Shown: piece by piece, positions 1 to 7,366 of the stretch
Layout: every line of letters begins with the position of its first letter
How positions within the stretch are numbered: the stretch's first letter is position 1
Assembly: GCF_021054785.1 (NCBI RefSeq)
Contig: NZ_CP088239.1
Location: forward strand, 960,001 to 992,000
Origin: Tannockella kyphosi
Lineage (GTDB): Bacteria; Bacillota_I; Bacilli_A; Erysipelotrichales; Coprobacillaceae
Direction: 5' to 3'
Length of the DNA: 32,000 nucleotides
The notes under the pieces: model-generated
Databases searched by the model: none
Seen by the model: only the letters and a program-made list of their open reading frames with translations
What the model was told of the DNA's origin: nothing
Made by a program: the position numbers and the translations under genes

Positions 1-240
1 TAGTATTTTATGTACATAAGATTGATGTCCAACATCAAAAAATATTTTATCATTTGGAGAATCAAAAACAAGGTGTAAAGCTATTGTTAGTTCCACAATA
101 CCTAAATTACTAGATAGATGTCCACCCGTCTTTGAAATATTTTCAATTAAGAACGTACGAATAGAATCCGCTAAGTCATTTAGTTGTTTATCATCTAAAG
201 TTTTTAAAAACTCAGGAGATTCTATTTTTGTAAGATCCAT
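1..240 (-). CDS. dxs: 1-deoxy-D-xylulose-5-phosphate synthase, first 80 codons only (gene runs off the left edge)
   Basis: Not in the ORF track because no stop lies in the window. Reverse translation from ATG at 238-240 gives [80 protein letters not shown]. This is the Dxs N-terminal pattern (GGHxxxxLGxVELTxALH, DVGHQxYxHK). It lies directly downstream of ispA, as in Bacillus. Confidence 0.85.
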   Translation of the reverse strand, partial: MDLTKIESPEFLKTLDDKQLNDLADSIRTFLIENISKTGGHLSSNLGIVELTIALHLVFDSPNDKIFFDVGHQSYVHKIL

Positions 241-1080
241 TTAATTCCCTCTTTTCTTTAATTGTTCAAAAATACCTAAATATATCTCATTATCACATGT
301 TAGAGAAGATAATAAAGATTGACACTCTTTCAATAATTTTTCAACTTCTTGACAAGAAGCATCCATACCTAATAATTTAACATAGGTTGCTTTTCCATTT
401 GCAATATCACTACCTGCATTCTTCCCTAATTTATCACTAGTCATTGTTACATCTAAAATATCATCTTGAATTTGGAACGCTAATCCTATCTTCATACCAA
501 TTTCTTTCCAAGTTGAAACATTATCATTGTCAACAATTGTTGCACCCATTTCTAGTGCAGCACTAATTAAAGCACCTGTTTTATAATAATGAATTTCTTC
601 TAATTTTGTTAAATCAATTTTTTTCTTTTCAGATTCCATATCTAAATTTTGACCATATATCATGCCTTCCACACCACTAGCATCAAATAGGATTTGTAAA
701 CTTTTCAACTTTAATTCAGTATCAATATTAGCATTTAATATTACTAACATTGCTTGGTTTAAAAGAGCGTCACCAGCTAAAATAGCTGTTGCTTCTCCAA
801 ATTTAATATGACAAGTTGGTTTTCCACGACGTAATGAATCATCATCCATCCCTGGTAAATCATCATGAATTAAAGAATACGTATGAATCATTTCAATAGC
901 ACAAGCAATATCTAAATATTCCTCATAACTTACTCCATAACTACTTAAAACTTCTAAAAAGAAAACTGGACGTAATCTTTTACCACCTGCCATTAAAGAA
1001 TATTGCATAGCATCTCTAACTTTACTAGGTTTGTAACTATCCATTATTTCCTGTAATCTTGTTTCTAATTGTTCTATCAT
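241..1080 (-). CDS. ispA: farnesyl/geranyl diphosphate synthase (polyprenyl synthetase family)
   Basis: ORF track 241..1089 starts at GTG. I prefer the ATG at 1080, which is preceded by AGAGGGTG. Both Asp-rich motifs are present (LIHDDLPGMDDD and FQIQDDILD). Position in the xseA-xseB-ispA-dxs order fits. Confidence 0.9.
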   Translation of the reverse strand: MIEQLETRLQEIMDSYKPSKVRDAMQYSLMAGGKRLRPVFFLEVLSSYGVSYEEYLDIACAIEMIHTYSLIHDDLPGMDDDSLRRGKPTCHIKFGEATAILAGDALLNQAMLVILNANIDTELKLKSLQILFDASGVEGMIYGQNLDMESEKKKIDLTKLEEIHYYKTGALISAALEMGATIVDNDNVSTWKEIGMKIGLAFQIQDDILDVTMTSDKLGKNAGSDIANGKATYVKLLGMDASCQEVEKLLKECQSLLSSLTCDNEIYLGIFEQLKKRGN

Positions 1081-1081
1081 A

Positions 1082-1297
1082 TTATTCACCCTCTTTGAAA
1101 TCTACAAATTCACCATTAATTTGTATTTTTGCAACCTTTCCTTCTATATTTTGTAGTTTTTTATTACAATGATTTGTTAGTAATATTCCTTCTTGATATA
1201 ATTCAACACTTTGTTCTAATGATGTTTGTTGAGATTCTAATAATCTAACTATTTCTTCTATTCTTTTTAATGCTTCTTCAAATGTCATCTTATCCAT
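1082..1297 (-). CDS. xseB: exodeoxyribonuclease VII small subunit
   Basis: 71-aa helical protein (FEEALKRIEEIVRLLE...) with a TAATG stop/start overlap with the upstream xseA. Canonical xseA-xseB pairing. Confidence 0.9.
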   Translation of the reverse strand: MDKMTFEEALKRIEEIVRLLESQQTSLEQSVELYQEGILLTNHCNKKLQNIEGKVAKIQINGEFVDFKEGE

Positions 1298-2625
1298 TAT
1301 GATTCCTCCCTTTTAGCTAATGCATAAACTATTCCATCATGATATTGTACTTTTAAAAGATCATTGTTATTTATATCTTTACTGCTAGTTATCACTTTAT
1401 CATTAATATAAGTTATTGAATAACCTCTTTGCATTACTTTTAATGGGCTTAATGCATCTAACATAGCAACACTTTTGTTCCAACGATTTTGATTATTTAA
1501 AAGACGTGTATTCATTTGATGATGTAATGATTGTTCTAAACTATTTATATGTTGTGATGTATTTATTAAAAATAGTTTACTTAAGTGATGAAACTGTTGT
1601 GACGTTTTTTCAAAATTCACTTTCGTATTTATTATTTTGTTATCAAAAATATATTTCATATTATCCTGCGTATGTGCTAAACGTAGTTGATAATTTGTTA
1701 CTAACTTTTCTGGATTTTTAAATAAATAAAAATTTGATAATGCATCTAATTTTTGTCTGTTCATTTGCACTTGATGTAATAATATTTCATGTAAACGACG
1801 TTCCAATATATTGGCAGATTGCTTTAATTCCATTAAATCGGGACAAGCAAGTGTAGCTCCAGCAGTTGGCGTTAATCCTCTTGCATCAGCAACATAATCA
1901 CATATCGTAACATCAATTTCATGTCCAACCGCATTTATAATTGGTGTTTTACATGCAAATATTGTTCTAGCTAATTGTTCTTCATTAAAATTCCATAAAT
2001 CTTCAATAGAACCCCCACCACGAGCTAATAAAATGGTAGAAAAACCATATTGGTCTACTTCTTTTAACTTATTAGAAATCGTAACATATGCGCCTTTTCC
2101 TTGAACTGGTATCGGGAAAATGATTACCTTTACCACTGGATATCTTTGACGAATAACTCTCATAATATCCATTAATGCAGCACTAGGATAAGCTGTTAAA
2201 ATAGCGATACTTCTAGGAAATTTAGGAATATCTTTTTTATTTGCCTGATCAAACAATCCTTCTTTTAAAAGATCTTTCTTTAATTGTTCAAATTGCAAAA
2301 AAAGATTTCCGACACCATCTAATTCCATTGTATTTACACGAATTGAATAAGTTCCTCCAGCATCATATACAGAAACACTTCCTTCAATTAAAACCTTTAG
2401 TCCCTCTTTTGCTTCAAAAGCAAGTGACTTAAAATTATAAGAAAACATAACTGCATTAATGCGAGAATTATCATCTTTTAACGTAAAATACAAGTGACCA
2501 GAACTATGATGTTTCACATTAGAAATCTCACCTTTAATATAAACTTTTTGTAAATGTGTATCCTTATCAATTACCGAACCTATATAACGATTTAAACTAG
2601 CAACTGTTAAATATTGACGTTCCAT
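1297..2625 (-). CDS. xseA: exodeoxyribonuclease VII large subunit
   Basis: 442 aa. N-terminal OB-fold region (YIKGEISNVKHHSSGHLYFTLKD) followed by the ExoVII catalytic and coiled-coil region. Lies between nusB and xseB. Confidence 0.92.
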   Translation of the reverse strand: MERQYLTVASLNRYIGSVIDKDTHLQKVYIKGEISNVKHHSSGHLYFTLKDDNSRINAVMFSYNFKSLAFEAKEGLKVLIEGSVSVYDAGGTYSIRVNTMELDGVGNLFLQFEQLKKDLLKEGLFDQANKKDIPKFPRSIAILTAYPSAALMDIMRVIRQRYPVVKVIIFPIPVQGKGAYVTISNKLKEVDQYGFSTILLARGGGSIEDLWNFNEEQLARTIFACKTPIINAVGHEIDVTICDYVADARGLTPTAGATLACPDLMELKQSANILERRLHEILLHQVQMNRQKLDALSNFYLFKNPEKLVTNYQLRLAHTQDNMKYIFDNKIINTKVNFEKTSQQFHHLSKLFLINTSQHINSLEQSLHHQMNTRLLNNQNRWNKSVAMLDALSPLKVMQRGYSITYINDKVITSSKDINNNDLLKVQYHDGIVYALAKREES

Positions 2626-2626
2626 T

Positions 2627-3028
2627 TTATAACTGGTTCAAAACACCATTTATATACTTGAAAGATTGTTCATCACAATATTTCTTTGTTAATTCAACAG
2701 CTTCATTAATAACAACTGTTTTCGCTAATTTTACTGTTAGTATTTCATAAGAACCAACAATTAAAATTGCCATTTCCATCTTAGATAGACGATCAATAGT
2801 CCATCCTGTTTTTAAATTAGCTGCTATTGCTTGTTTGTATTGTTCGATATTTTCAATAATGCTGATTACCATATCTTTACAGTATTTCATTTCATCATTA
2901 TTTTTTGATAATATAACATCTGTTTCTATAAATTCTTCTACTTCTTCTATTTCATTATCCAATAAAACATACTGATAAATTGAAATTACTGCTTTTTCTC
3001 TAATTAATTTTTTTCTGATCTTTTCCAT
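2627..3028 (-). CDS. nusB: transcription antitermination factor NusB
   Basis: 133 aa, NusB-like sequence and length. Position upstream of xseA as in Bacillus, although folD is absent here. Confidence 0.88.
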   Translation of the reverse strand: MEKIRKKLIREKAVISIYQYVLLDNEIEEVEEFIETDVILSKNNDEMKYCKDMVISIIENIEQYKQAIAANLKTGWTIDRLSKMEMAILIVGSYEILTVKLAKTVVINEAVELTKKYCDEQSFKYINGVLNQL

Positions 3029-3081
3029 ATTATTAACCTTCCAAACTTCTTAATAAATTTTACCATATTTTCATCTTAAAA

Positions 3082-3115
3082 GAAAATAAAAAGAATGAAT
3101 TACTTCATTCTTTTT
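3082..3115 (-). terminator. rho-independent terminator after the Asp23-family gene
   Basis: Plus-strand arms aaaaagaatgaa (3088-3099) and ttcattcttttt (3104-3115) with loop ttac. A U-run follows on the minus-strand transcript. Confidence 0.6.
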
Positions 3116-3116
3116 A

Positions 3117-3455
3117 TTAAAAATGAATTGCTCGAATATAAATATTAACCCTACAATTTGTAAGCTCCGTCATTTGTTTTACTTTGTCCATAATTGCAGT
3201 TTGTAAATCTTGAGTTGTGCTAGCAACATTTACCCCATAGTCAACACATGCATCTACATCAATGATAATACTCTCATCTGCTATTTTTGCATTGATTGGA
3301 GAACGTCCCGAAATTTTAATACCTGAAGGGGCATCTAACTCAATTCCTTCTGCTCTTTTAATAGCAGCATATGCAATACCTTCAAACACTTGCATACAAA
3401 CACTAGCAGAACCTAGATTTGTTTTTTCTTCTAATACGTAATGTTCTTGACTCAT
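3117..3455 (-). CDS. Asp23/Gls24 family envelope stress (alkaline shock) protein
   Basis: ORF track 3117..3521. The likely true start is the ATG at 3455 (MSQEHYVLEE...), preceded by AAGGAGTG. Asp23-family sequence, at the yqhY position upstream of nusB. Confidence 0.85.
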   Translation of the reverse strand: MSQEHYVLEEKTNLGSASVCMQVFEGIAYAAIKRAEGIELDAPSGIKISGRSPINAKIADESIIIDVDACVDYGVNVASTTQDLQTAIMDKVKQMTELTNCRVNIYIRAIHF

Positions 3456-3517
3456 AATAAACACTCCTTTACTTACTACTATTGTAAAGAAATTTCTTAG
3501 AAAAGTAAAGTTACTTG

Positions 3518-3979
3518 TCAAACAAATTTAACCTCAACTTGATAATTTTGGCCATATTCATTCATTATTAATTGAATAATCGTATTTGCATCACTACTTG
3601 TTGCTGTTTCCTTTTCCACAACAACACTAATACTACTATCATTAATCTCTACATAAGCATTCACATATCCCGCTTCTACTAAAAGTGTAACAATTTCATC
3701 TTCCTTTGCAATCAGCTCTTTTGTTTGAGCAATTGATTCTAAGGCATCTTCAATATCTTGACTTGAACTATTGGCTGAAGCAATAACTTCATTATTACTA
3801 GTAACCAAATCTTGTCTAGAGGCATCTAATGTCTCTTGTAAACTAACAACCTCACTTGTAACTTCACTTACAACACTTATTTCTGTTTCATCAATTGGTG
3901 GTATCAAAATATAAAAAACGGATAGCACTAATATTAAACTAAATAAAGATAAGAATGTAATTGCTTGTCTATTCATCAT
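3518..3979 (-). CDS. SpoIIIAH-like membrane protein (N-terminal TM helix plus YscJ/FliF-like C-terminal domain)
   Basis: The N-terminus RQAITFLSLFSLILVLSVFYILIPP closely parallels B. subtilis SpoIIIAH KQTVWLLTMLSLVVVLSVYYIMSP. The C-terminus (LLVEAGYVNAYVEINDSSISVVVE...ANTIIQLIMNEY...VEVKF) parallels the SpoIIIAH C-terminal domain. RBS is AAGGAGAA. It occupies the spoIIIA slot between efp and the Asp23-family gene. Confidence 0.75.
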   Translation of the reverse strand: MMNRQAITFLSLFSLILVLSVFYILIPPIDETEISVVSEVTSEVVSLQETLDASRQDLVTSNNEVIASANSSSQDIEDALESIAQTKELIAKEDEIVTLLVEAGYVNAYVEINDSSISVVVEKETATSSDANTIIQLIMNEYGQNYQVEVKFV

Positions 3980-4030
3980 AAATTCTCCTTTTTATCTTGC
4001 TTTAATATATGCAAAAAAGAAGTTAATATG

Positions 4031-4056
4031 AAAAAAAGAGCAAATATATTGCTCTT
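4031..4056 (-). terminator. rho-independent terminator after efp
   Basis: Arms agagcaa (4037-4043) and ttgctct (4049-4055), loop atata. The A-run 4031-4037 becomes a U-run on the minus-strand transcript. Confidence 0.6.
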
Positions 4057-4062
4057 AATTAA

Positions 4063-4620
4063 CTAAGCACGACCTTGGTATTTACCATCTGTTGTATTTA
4101 CAACAACAACTTCGCCTTCACTGATAAATAAAGGTACTCTAATTTGATAACCTGTTTCAATGATTGCATATTTAGTAGCACCAGTTGCAGTATCCCCTTT
4201 AACAGCTGGTTCAGTTTCAATAATTTTAAAAGGAACATTAATAGGTAAAGATAAACCTAATACTTCTCCTTCAAAACTAGTAACTTCAACTTCATCACTT
4301 TCTTTCATGAAGTTCTTTTCCCATTTAAGAGAATCTCCATTAATTTCAATTTGATCATAAGTTTCATTATCCATAAATACTAATGCATCCCCATCATCAT
4401 ATAAATATTGCATTTTTCTTTTTTCAATATGAGCTCTTGCAACTTTATCATTACCACCAAAAGTAATTTCAGTAGTAGAACCACTTCTCATATTTTTCAT
4501 TTTCACTTTAATATTTGCTGCAGCACGTGCAGTTTTATTATGTGACGCTTCTAATACAATGAATAGGTTTCCTTCATATTGAAATGTCATACCTGGTCTT
4601 AAATCACCAACATTAATCAT
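4063..4620 (-). CDS. efp: translation elongation factor P
   Basis: ORF track 4063..4656. True start is the ATG at 4620 (MINVGDLRPGMTF...), preceded by AAGGAGAAGAG. 185 aa with full-length EF-P architecture. The loop reads HNKTARAAAN, with Arg at residue 32. Confidence 0.95.
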   Translation of the reverse strand: MINVGDLRPGMTFQYEGNLFIVLEASHNKTARAAANIKVKMKNMRSGSTTEITFGGNDKVARAHIEKRKMQYLYDDGDALVFMDNETYDQIEINGDSLKWEKNFMKESDEVEVTSFEGEVLGLSLPINVPFKIIETEPAVKGDTATGATKYAIIETGYQIRVPLFISEGEVVVVNTTDGKYQGRA

Positions 4621-4669
4621 AACTCTTCTCCTTAATTTATATAAATTTCTAAACAATTATATCAAATTA

Positions 4670-4698
4670 ATGATACAAATTAAATAGTTTTTTGACAA
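4670..4698 (-). promoter_or_regulatory. candidate sigma-A promoter for efp
   Basis: The minus strand reads TTGTCA (4693-4698), N17, TATCAT (4670-4675), about 50 nt upstream of the efp start. Confidence 0.35.
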
Positions 4699-4709
4699 TT
4701 TGTTAGAAA

Positions 4710-5090
4710 CTACTCTAATTCGAATTCTGTTATTTCATTTGTATAGCAATCAATCATCACTTTAAAACTTTTTGTATAAGTTGTTCCTTTTTGAATAGTC
4801 GATGTTATTTCATATTCAAACGTCGTATCATTAACCACATAATAAATCGTATAATCATCAAAAGAAGTTCTCCCACTCGGTAAATATCCATCTTCTAATG
4901 TCATGATATAGAACTCTATCATTGATAATTCGATCAAACGAGTCGTATCATATTCTAGATTTCTTTGATAAGAAGATACTTGATAAACTACCACATTCGC
5001 ATATTCCACTAACATCGTATTGATCACTAAAAATAGCACTAACACTACTTGTAGTATCGTCCCCTTGCTCTTCGCTTTCATTTTCAACAT
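4710..5090 (-). CDS. comGG: ComGG-like minor pseudopilin (last gene of the comG operon)
   Basis: About 125 aa with an N-terminal hydrophobic segment (KGTILQVVLVLFLVINTMLV). Assigned by position and size at the end of the comG operon. Sequence similarity to ComGG is weak. Start is ambiguous (ATG 5090, TTG 5087 or ATG 5081). Confidence 0.55.
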   Translation of the reverse strand: MLKMKAKSKGTILQVVLVLFLVINTMLVEYANVVVYQVSSYQRNLEYDTTRLIELSMIEFYIMTLEDGYLPSGRTSFDDYTIYYVVNDTTFEYEITSTIQKGTTYTKSFKVMIDCYTNEITEFELE

Positions 5091-5493
5091 AAACTCCTAT
5101 CCAAAAAACAGTCTTTTGATCTTCTAATGTTATTTCCATATAAATCCGATATCCTTCTTGAAAGAAAGATACATCCTGAATATCTTCTTGATAAATCGTA
5201 TAACCTGGTTGTTTAACTAAACGACTATTATTAAATGACAAGGTAAACTCCTGGTCTTCATCCATATAAACTAGCTCATCACCAATGGATATAATTTCTT
5301 TGGCATACAAAAGTCTACTAATTTGTAAAGCCCCAGCTTCTAATGATGTTTGTGAATTAGAAACATCATTCAGGTTTTTAGCAATGGATAAAATACTTGC
5401 TATATTTGTTGTAATACAACAACAAATTAGTAAAGATAGTAACATTTCAACTAAGGTAAAAGCTTTTGAATATCGCTTAGTTCGTCTAAACAT
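4948..5493 (-). CDS. comGF: ComGF-like minor pseudopilin
   Basis: Prepilin-like N-terminus (KAFTLVEMLLSLL) and sixth position in the operon. The ORF runs 143 nt into comGG in another frame. Confidence 0.6.
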   Translation of the reverse strand: MFRRTKRYSKAFTLVEMLLSLLICCCITTNIASILSIAKNLNDVSNSQTSLEAGALQISRLLYAKEIISIGDELVYMDEDQEFTLSFNNSRLVKQPGYTIYQEDIQDVSFFQEGYRIYMEITLEDQKTVFWIGVYVENESEEQGDDTTSSVSAIFSDQYDVSGICECGSLSSIFLSKKSRI

Positions 5494-5663
5494 ATATCTT
5501 TCTCTCTTTCATAACGTTCTTCTATATATGTATGATATTCAGTAGCATTATCAGCTACTCGCACTGCTAATTGATTATACAAAGAAAGAAATAAAATAAT
5601 GATTGTACAGTATATTTCAAAAGCAAACAAACTCTCTATTAGAGTAGATCCTTTACTGTACAT
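5451..5663 (-). CDS. comGE: ComGE-like minor pseudopilin
   Basis: 70 aa with a prepilin-like N-terminus (MYSKGSTLIESLFAFEI). Overlaps the comGD stop. Fifth position in the operon. Confidence 0.6.
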   Translation of the reverse strand: MYSKGSTLIESLFAFEIYCTIIILFLSLYNQLAVRVADNATEYHTYIEERYEREKDICLDELSDIQKLLP

Positions 5664-6054
5664 TCATATGACCTGTTTCTAGATGAAATACAATGCTAGA
5701 ACAATCACTTCCCTGACAAATCTCGACACTTGTTGCACTATTTATATGTCCCTCTTGATTAAAAGAAATAGTTTGCGTATCTTGAATATCAATTGAATCA
5801 TCCCATTGATAACTAATGTTTTCATTTTCTAACTGACAACTAATACTATTCTTGTTTAATGTTATCTTTACACTTTGACAATAAGCAACAGAATATAGCT
5901 TTGCTTGTTCAATTGTTTCCATTATTTGATATACCACACTATCTAATGAGACTGTATCAACATATATTGTTTTCATGCTAAAGCTAGATAATATAATAAT
6001 AGTACTTAAACAAAGCAAAGTTTCTACCAGGGTAAAACCATTACTCTTGTTCAT
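5653..6054 (-). CDS. comGD: ComGD-like minor pseudopilin
   Basis: ORF track 5653..6090 starts at GTG inside comGC. The preferred start is the ATG at 6054 (MNKSNGFTLVETLLCL), giving a class III signal peptide with G|FTLVE. Confidence 0.7.
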   Translation of the reverse strand: MNKSNGFTLVETLLCLSTIIILSSFSMKTIYVDTVSLDSVVYQIMETIEQAKLYSVAYCQSVKITLNKNSISCQLENENISYQWDDSIDIQDTQTISFNQEGHINSATSVEICQGSDCSSIVFHLETGHMNVQ

Positions 6055-6349
6055 ATGCTTGTCCTCCACTAATGTAAATTGCATTCCCACTAGGGCATGT
6101 GGCTTGTGTTTCTTTTAAATAAGGAGTAGTACCAGAAGTTAAGTCACTTATACTTGTTGGTAATTCACCATTTTCTATTTGATATAAAATAATTTGTGCA
6201 TTCACTACTTCTACCTGTGCTTCACAACTCTTATCTTTAATCGTATTATTTTTACTAGTAACATTTGGAATCACCAATAGCAATAAAACCAAAACAATGC
6301 TTACACAAAATATCATTTCCACCATCGTGAAGCCTTTATTATTCCTCAT
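6041..6349 (-). CDS. comGC: ComGC major competence pseudopilin
   Basis: 102 aa. Canonical type IV prepilin leader MRNNKGFTMVEM, with Glu at +5 after the G|F cleavage site. RBS GAGGTGAG. Confidence 0.9.
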   Translation of the reverse strand: MRNNKGFTMVEMIFCVSIVLVLLLLVIPNVTSKNNTIKDKSCEAQVEVVNAQIILYQIENGELPTSISDLTSGTTPYLKETQATCPSGNAIYISGGQAYEQE

Positions 6350-6370
6350 TTTCTCACCTCATTTCTTTTT

Positions 6371-7366
6371 TTAAATTCCTTCTATCACATTCATTAAAGG
6401 AAAAATAACAGAAAGATACACAAAAACTACAAATAACGCTACAAAACAATAGATGGAAGGAATAATGTAAAACAAAACTTTATTTATTTTTGTTTCCATC
6501 ATTTTGCTAGATAATTCAATATAATCATCTAAGCTTTTATCATCAATTTTCTTTTGCATCATATAAATATATTGAACTAATAATTGATCTAAATAAGGAC
6601 TACTAGCAATACATTGCTCTAAACTCACACCACTTTCAAACTGTTTCATTATTGGATATAAAACAACCTGTAAATCATGATTTTTTAAATGTTCATACAA
6701 AAATTCAATCGAAGCAGTTGTATCATAACCAGTTTTAAGTAATTCATTATAATAAAAAGAAAATTTAAATGAATAATATTTCTTTAATAGTGAAGATATT
6801 ATTTTTTTATCTAATAATATTAACAAACGATAGCTCCATTTCTTTTTAACACAATAAATTAAATAAATAACCCAACCAATCAAATATCCTAAAAAAATAA
6901 AAACAACCAAAGGAATAACTTGAAACATAACAAACATAAACTCTTGAACAAACGATAAACTACTCCCAAAATCTTCAATCATAATTCGAACTTGTGGCAA
7001 TAAAAACCAGCTTACAAAGATAGAAAAGAAAAATAGAAAAACTAATAAAAAAACAGGATATAATAATTGTTTCCTTAATTGATTCATTATTTGTTTTTGT
7101 TTTTTACAAGTTTCTAAAGTAAGATTAATTGCTTTTGAAATACTATTCTTTTTAAGAAAAAAACAAAAATACTCTTTAAAAAATGATTCTTTATAAGCAT
7201 TCATAATAGCATTCTCAATCGATAATCCTTCTTTTAACCCTTCTTCAAAAAGAATGATTTCTTTTGAATGAAAAGAAATTTTTAATAACTTAACAATATC
7301 TTGCATAGCATATCCTTGTGATAACAACAAGGATAAAAACTCGAGTTCTAAATAATCATTATCCAT
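6371..7366 (-). CDS. comGB: ComGB / type II secretion F-family platform membrane protein
   Basis: 331 aa polytopic membrane protein. 8-nt overlap with the comGA stop. GspF/PilC-like organisation. Confidence 0.85.
   Translation of the reverse strand: MDNDYLELEFLSLLLSQGYAMQDIVKLLKISFHSKEIILFEEGLKEGLSIENAIMNAYKESFFKEYFCFFLKKNSISKAINLTLETCKKQKQIMNQLRKQLLYPVFLLVFLFFFSIFVSWFLLPQVRIMIEDFGSSLSFVQEFMFVMFQVIPLVVFIFLGYLIGWVIYLIYCVKKKWSYRLLILLDKKIISSLLKKYYSFKFSFYYNELLKTGYDTTASIEFLYEHLKNHDLQVVLYPIMKQFESGVSLEQCIASSPYLDQLLVQYIYMMQKKIDDKSLDDYIELSSKMMETKINKVLFYIIPSIYCFVALFVVFVYLSVIFPLMNVIEGI

Noticed and set aside
1506-1721. Short ORFs on the strand opposite well-supported genes: 1506-1721, 2241-2432, 4160-4354, 5285-5545, 8202-8396, 10399-10665, 14147-14338, 14435-14620, 19810-20025, 25639-25824, 26027-26218, 26344-26541, 29948-30238 and 30508-30690.
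   Set aside because: All lie inside, or largely overlap, longer ORFs with clear family signatures. Their products are low-complexity F/L/I/Y-rich strings typical of antisense frames in AT-rich DNA, and none has a convincing RBS.
3456-3521. N-terminal extensions in the ORF track for the Asp23-family gene (to 3521), efp (to 4656), the MBL-fold hydrolase (to 9044), rpmG (to 9331), ispA (to 1089), the DeoR gene (to 14352), lepA (to 18432) and the Zn-ribbon ORF (from 28051).
   Set aside because: In each case an internal ATG is preceded by a good Shine-Dalgarno sequence at 5-10 nt and reproduces the conserved family N-terminus. Several of the extended starts are GTG or TTG with no RBS.
6055-6090. 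A second prepilin-like motif (GMQFTLVED) 17 residues upstream of the ComGD leader in the GTG-initiated ORF, suggesting a tandem leader.
   Set aside because: It lies within the comGC coding region in another frame, has no Gly directly before the Phe, and has no RBS. The ATG at 6054 gives a canonical leader. I treat this as coincidence.
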